This document shows, piece by piece, positions 60,054 to 64,000 of a DNA stretch of 64,000 nt (its first letter is position 1; each line of letters opens with the position of its first letter). Origin of the DNA: an uncultured delta proteobacterium (GTDB lineage: Bacteria > Desulfobacterota > Syntrophia > Syntrophales > Smithellaceae). The stretch lies in NCBI GenBank assembly GCA_963753975.1, contig CAVWEH010000004.1, positions 192,001 to 256,000 on the forward strand. The letters are read 5' to 3'. Made by a program: the position numbers and the translations under genes. The notes beneath the pieces are model-generated. The model was not told where the DNA came from, ran no database searches, and saw nothing but the letters and a program-made list of their open reading frames with translations.

Positions 60054-60450
60054 ATGAAACGATGTTTAAAACTATTTATTGTATCAGTTGGGTTCTTTGC
60101 CACGTTTACTTTTATCTTACTTTCCGTTGATTTTTGCAATGCCGCTGCTCAAACATCACCCGATGGAGTTAAAGTTACTTTCGTGGAAATAGGCTCAGTC
60201 AACTGCATCCCCTGTAAGGTGATGCAGCCCATTATCAAAGCGGTGGAAGAAGAATATAAGGGGCAAGTTAAAATTGTTTTTCCCGATGTCTGGACGCCAA
60301 AAGGGAAGGAAGACGCCGCGAAATACAATATTTGGGGTAATTCCCGCACAGGTATTCTTGGATAAAGATGGTAAAGAATACTATCGCCATGAAGGATACT
60401 TTCCGAAGGATAATGTTGTCAAGGTAATCAAAATGCAGGGTGTTAAATAA
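60054..60450 (+). pseudogene. Exported thioredoxin with +1 frameshift near 60335
   Basis: CIPC active site; the alternative frame continues VIPAQVFLDKDGKEYYRHEGYFPK...GVK* and ends at the next ATG. Confidence 0.8.
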
Positions 60451-61050
60451 TGATCGTTGACCTATTTACCTGGCTTTCGCAGGCACTTACTCAATCTCTC
60501 GAAATCGCTATTTTGGCAGCATTCATCTGGGGCGTGCTTTCGGTTATTCTTTCGCCCTGCCATATTGCGTGCATTCCCCTCATAGTCGGTTTCATTGACG
60601 GCCAGGGAAACATTAGTACAAAGCGGGCATTTGGTCTTTCGTTGCTCTTCGGATTGGGTATTTTGATCACAATTGGGATTATCGGGCTCATCACCGGACT
60701 ATTGGGAAGAATGATTGGCGATATCGGCGGTTACGGCAACTACTTTGTGGCTCTTATTTTCTTTGCTGTGGGTCTTAATTTGCTGGGGTTGCTGCCGCTT
60801 CCTTTTATGGAAGGCGGCGCGAATCCTAACTATAAAAGAAAAGGATTTCTGGCTGCTTTTATTCTGGGACTCCCGTTCGGCATTGCCCTGGGACCCTGCA
60901 CCTTTGCCTGCATGGCCAACATGCTCGGAAGTCATGCAACACTACCTTCATTGGAGTGAAAAATCGAAGGGTGCCGTAATGCTGAAAAAGCTATGCGGTG
61001 TGCTGGTTTTTATGGGTGGCATCTATCTGATCGCCTTAAACTGGATTTAA
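60450..61050 (+). pseudogene. CcdA/DsbD-beta protein with internal deletion and frameshift near 60925
   Basis: LSPCH and GPCTF motifs; the C-terminus EVMQHYLHWSEKSKGAVMLKKLCGVL is in another frame. Confidence 0.75.
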
Positions 61051-61069
61051 AAGCATTGCCGGAGAAAAA

Positions 61070-61495
61070 ATGAAAAAAAGAGTTTTGTTTTTATGTACAG
61101 CCAATTCCAGCCGTTCGCAAATGGCGGAAGGTCTTATCAATCATTTTCTGGGGGATAAGATTGCGGCATTTTCTGCCGGGACTGAGGCAACCTATGTCAA
61201 TCCCGCTGCTATCGAGGCGATGAAAGAAATCGATATTGATATTTCCGGGCATCAATCCAAAAATTTAGCGGTATTTGACGGGCAGAACTTTGATTATGTC
61301 ATCACACTTTGCGGCAGTGCCAACGAGACCTGCCCGTTGTATATCGGAGGCACAAAGAAAATCCACATCGGTTTTGACGATCCGGCGAAGGCACAGGGAA
61401 CGGAAGAAGAAATTCTATATGAATTTCGTCGTGTGCGCGATGACCTTAAAGAAAAACTGACTGCTCTTTTTCAGGCAGAGAAAATAATTAATTGA
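61070..61495 (+). CDS. arsC: Thioredoxin-coupled arsenate reductase
   Basis: [23 protein letters not shown] and FDDP. Confidence 0.9.
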   Translation: MKKRVLFLCTANSSRSQMAEGLINHFLGDKIAAFSAGTEATYVNPAAIEAMKEIDIDISGHQSKNLAVFDGQNFDYVITLCGSANETCPLYIGGTKKIHIGFDDPAKAQGTEEEILYEFRRVRDDLKEKLTALFQAEKIIN

Positions 61496-61505
61496 GGGGG
61501 AATTT

Positions 61506-62561
61506 ATGTCGGAACATGTCGTTGGTAAATTGTCGTTTCTGGATCGATTTTTAACTTTATGGATTTTTATAGCCATCGGTATCGGTATCGCGCTCGGCTA
61601 TTTTCTTCCCGCGGCGGCTAATTTCATTACCGGCCTGCAAGTCGGAACAACTTCGATTCCTATTGCCGTCGGCCTTATTCTCATGATGTATCCGCCCCTG
61701 GCAAGAGTCAAGTATGAAGAGATGGGCAGGGTTTTTCAAAACAAAAAGCTTTTGACTATATCACTTCTGCAAAACTGGGTGATCGGCCCGCTGGTCATGT
61801 TTGTGCTGGCGGTAATTTTTCTGCATAACTATCCCGAATATATGATCGGCGTTATCCTGGTCGGATTGGCGCGCTGCATTGCTATGGTTATCGTCTGGAA
61901 TGAGCTTGCGTGCGGAGACCGGGAACTGGCCGTAGGCCTTGTGGCCTTTAACGCCATCGCGCAGGTTCTTTTTTACGCCTTCTATATTTACGTGTTCATT
62001 ACTCTGTTTCTCAACTGGTTCGGCCTGGGCCAGGGAGTGAATATCAATGTCTCCATGGCCGAATCGGCAAAAACAGTTTTTATCTATCTCGGTATTCCAT
62101 TTCTTGCTGGCTTGATTACCCGTTATTCGATTATCTGGTGGCGCGGCGAAGAATGGTTTAACAATATCTTTATGCCCAAACTCTCGCCATTGACGCTGAT
62201 CGCGTTACTCTTTACCATTGTCGTAATGTTCTCTACACAGGGCAATAAAATTATCGAGTCGCCTTTGGACGTGTTCATTGTCGCCATTCCGCTGACCATC
62301 TATTTCGTTATCATGTGGTTTGTTACTTTTTTTATCATCAGGAAAATAAGCGGCAATTATGCTCAAACCTGCGCCGTTTCTTTTACTGCCGGAAGCAACG
62401 ATTTCGAGTTAGCCATTGCCGTAGCCATTGCCATCTGGGGAATCGGCTCCGGACAGGCTTTCGCCACCGTCATCGGCCCCCTTATCGAAGTACCGGTGCT
62501 GATTATTCTGGTGAACGTGGCATTGAAGTTCAAAAGGAAAATTTTCCCGGCGCACAGCTAA
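61506..62561 (+). CDS. acr3: Acr3 arsenite efflux pump
   Basis: [32 protein letters not shown] and GPLIEVP. Confidence 0.95.
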   Translation: MSEHVVGKLSFLDRFLTLWIFIAIGIGIALGYFLPAAANFITGLQVGTTSIPIAVGLILMMYPPLARVKYEEMGRVFQNKKLLTISLLQNWVIGPLVMFVLAVIFLHNYPEYMIGVILVGLARCIAMVIVWNELACGDRELAVGLVAFNAIAQVLFYAFYIYVFITLFLNWFGLGQGVNINVSMAESAKTVFIYLGIPFLAGLITRYSIIWWRGEEWFNNIFMPKLSPLTLIALLFTIVVMFSTQGNKIIESPLDVFIVAIPLTIYFVIMWFVTFFIIRKISGNYAQTCAVSFTAGSNDFELAIAVAIAIWGIGSGQAFATVIGPLIEVPVLIILVNVALKFKRKIFPAHS

Positions 62562-62894
62562 TGAAATAAAAAGTAAGCAAAACAAAAAGAGCAAAGAGCG
62601 AATCCCGGCGTATGCCTGGACAGACTGGGCCCTTCGCTTTTCTTCGGGTCTTCTGTGCAGCTGGAAGCGGCGCACTTTGAATTGAAATTCACCGATTAAT
62701 GGATGAATTAAATGTTATCTCCCCGAATTAAACCAAATGAATTTATAGTAATCAATTGACAAAGCATATTTGAATATTAAGTTAACTCAAAATACCTAAT
62801 GTAAAAAAAGTAGTTTAGGTTGGAAACGGCGGTCGTCCCTCATCAATTTAACTTTTTCGCTGGCGAGAAAAACTAATCGATAAAGGAGGACATT

Positions 62895-63803
62895 ATGAAA
62901 AAAGTAATTTTCATCGCATCGTTGATACTGGCTGTGGCATTTACTGTATATCCTATTACGGCCCGGAGCCAGCCTAGAGGCTATGGCTATGGTATGATGG
63001 GTGGATATGATTCCGGCTATGACATGGGACCGGGCATGATGGGTGGCTATGGCTATGGTATGAGACAGGGCATAAGGGGAGGATGGAATATTCCGGCTAA
63101 ACTGCCCGCACCAAAAAACACGGAATGGGTACAAAAACTCAGGGAGGTCTTTACGTTGGAAAAAGAATCTCTGGCCCAATATCAAGCTGATCAGGAAAAA
63201 TTCAACGCTTATATGCCGTACATGGTGGTCATTCCCCAGGAGTATAACCATATAGACTGGATCGAGCAGCTTTTTGCCGCCTATGATCTGCCTGCCGATG
63301 GGAAGGTGCCCCCGGTCGTGGCGAATAAGTCATTGACGGAGGCCTATGAACTCAGCGTAAAATTGGAAAGCGATTTATTACCTCGTTATGAATGGCTCGT
63401 AAAAAAGGCCGAGGATCGGGATACGGCTCAGGTGTTGAATACCATCCTCATTCAGAGCCGCTGGCATCTGGTGATGTTCGATCATGCTTTGAGGATGGGC
63501 GGCTATGGTTATGGCATGATGGGTGGATATGGTATGGGACATGGCATGATGGGCGGTTATTATGGTACTGGCCCCGGCTATGGACGGCAATACCCGTCGT
63601 CAAACGGCAAGGCCATCGGTGCGAAGGAAGCCGAGACCATGATGAAAGATTATTTGAAGTCCACGAGAAACCCGAACCTGAAGCTGGGCAAAATAAAAGA
63701 CGCGGGAAAGGCCTTTGAAGCAGAGATATTGACCAAGGAGAACGACATTGTCGACAGGGTTCTCATTGACAAATACACTGGCGAGATGCGGTCCGCTTAT
63801 TGA
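62895..63803 (+). CDS. Periplasmic protein: GMMGG-rich repeats flanking a ferritin-like domain, PepSY-like tail
   Basis: Signal peptide; two Gly/Met/Tyr tracts; ExxH-like helices. Confidence 0.6.
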   Translation: MKKVIFIASLILAVAFTVYPITARSQPRGYGYGMMGGYDSGYDMGPGMMGGYGYGMRQGIRGGWNIPAKLPAPKNTEWVQKLREVFTLEKESLAQYQADQEKFNAYMPYMVVIPQEYNHIDWIEQLFAAYDLPADGKVPPVVANKSLTEAYELSVKLESDLLPRYEWLVKKAEDRDTAQVLNTILIQSRWHLVMFDHALRMGGYGYGMMGGYGMGHGMMGGYYGTGPGYGRQYPSSNGKAIGAKEAETMMKDYLKSTRNPNLKLGKIKDAGKAFEAEILTKENDIVDRVLIDKYTGEMRSAY

Positions 63804-63899
63804 AAACCGGCCATTGGGCGGAGATAGTCCCGAAAGCGAAATGGCCGTTAAACTGGATTCATCTCCCCAACTTTTTTTTGCACGGAAAAGGAGTAGACG

Positions 63900-64000
63900 A
63901 TGATACCGTATGGATTTTCCAAGGTACTGGCTATGCCCTTCGAAACAGTGAGGGACATGGTCATAGAGGCATTGAAAAAAGAAGGTTTTGGGATTCTGAC
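63900..64000 (+). CDS. DUF302-domain protein, truncated at the window edge
   Basis: MIPYGFSKVLAMPFE...EALKKEGFGIL; AAGGAG RBS. Confidence 0.7.
   Translation, partial: MIPYGFSKVLAMPFETVRDMVIEALKKEGFGIL

Noticed and set aside
61070..61130. ArsC CTANSSR lacking the second P-loop Cys as a sign of inactivation
   Set aside because: The three catalytic cysteines of Trx-coupled ArsC are present; that position is not essential.
1..64000. CRISPR array, tRNA or rRNA genes
   Set aside because: I saw no regularly spaced direct repeats and no recognisable tRNA or rRNA sequence. The attC sites are separated by whole genes.

Overview
Bacterial chromosome segment. Gene content and repeat families suggest a syntrophic deltaproteobacterium (Syntrophales, Smithella/Syntrophus-like); this is an inference. 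Housekeeping genes include a ychF-like ATPase, dapL, dapF, leuS, lptE, rpsT and pal. There is also a peptidoglycan-recycling neighbourhood (SpoIID, AmpG, MurU-like, AmgK-like, GT2-DUF4922 fusion, M15 peptidase, DUF1460), a ten-gene FAS-II/polyketide-like lipid cluster with a sigma54 promoter beside a kinase/NtrC-type pair, and a partly decayed arsenic/metal cluster. Four signals stand out. (1) An integrase-less integron cassette array at about 11.0-16.3 kb has an attI-like site, six attC sites and cassettes that look like nucleases, HEPN proteins and a toxin-antitoxin pair. (2) A class III ribonucleotide reductase (NrdD) homologue has Lys in place of the glycyl-radical Gly and overlaps a SAMHD1-like HD dNTPase gene. 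(3) An OsmC-like gene is split by an in-frame TGA at the catalytic Cys position and followed by a SECIS-like hairpin, so it is probably a selenoprotein. (4) Modular palindromic repeats/MITEs occur several times, and one is inserted in frame into the lptE signal peptide. All calls come from reading motifs by eye; no database searches were run.
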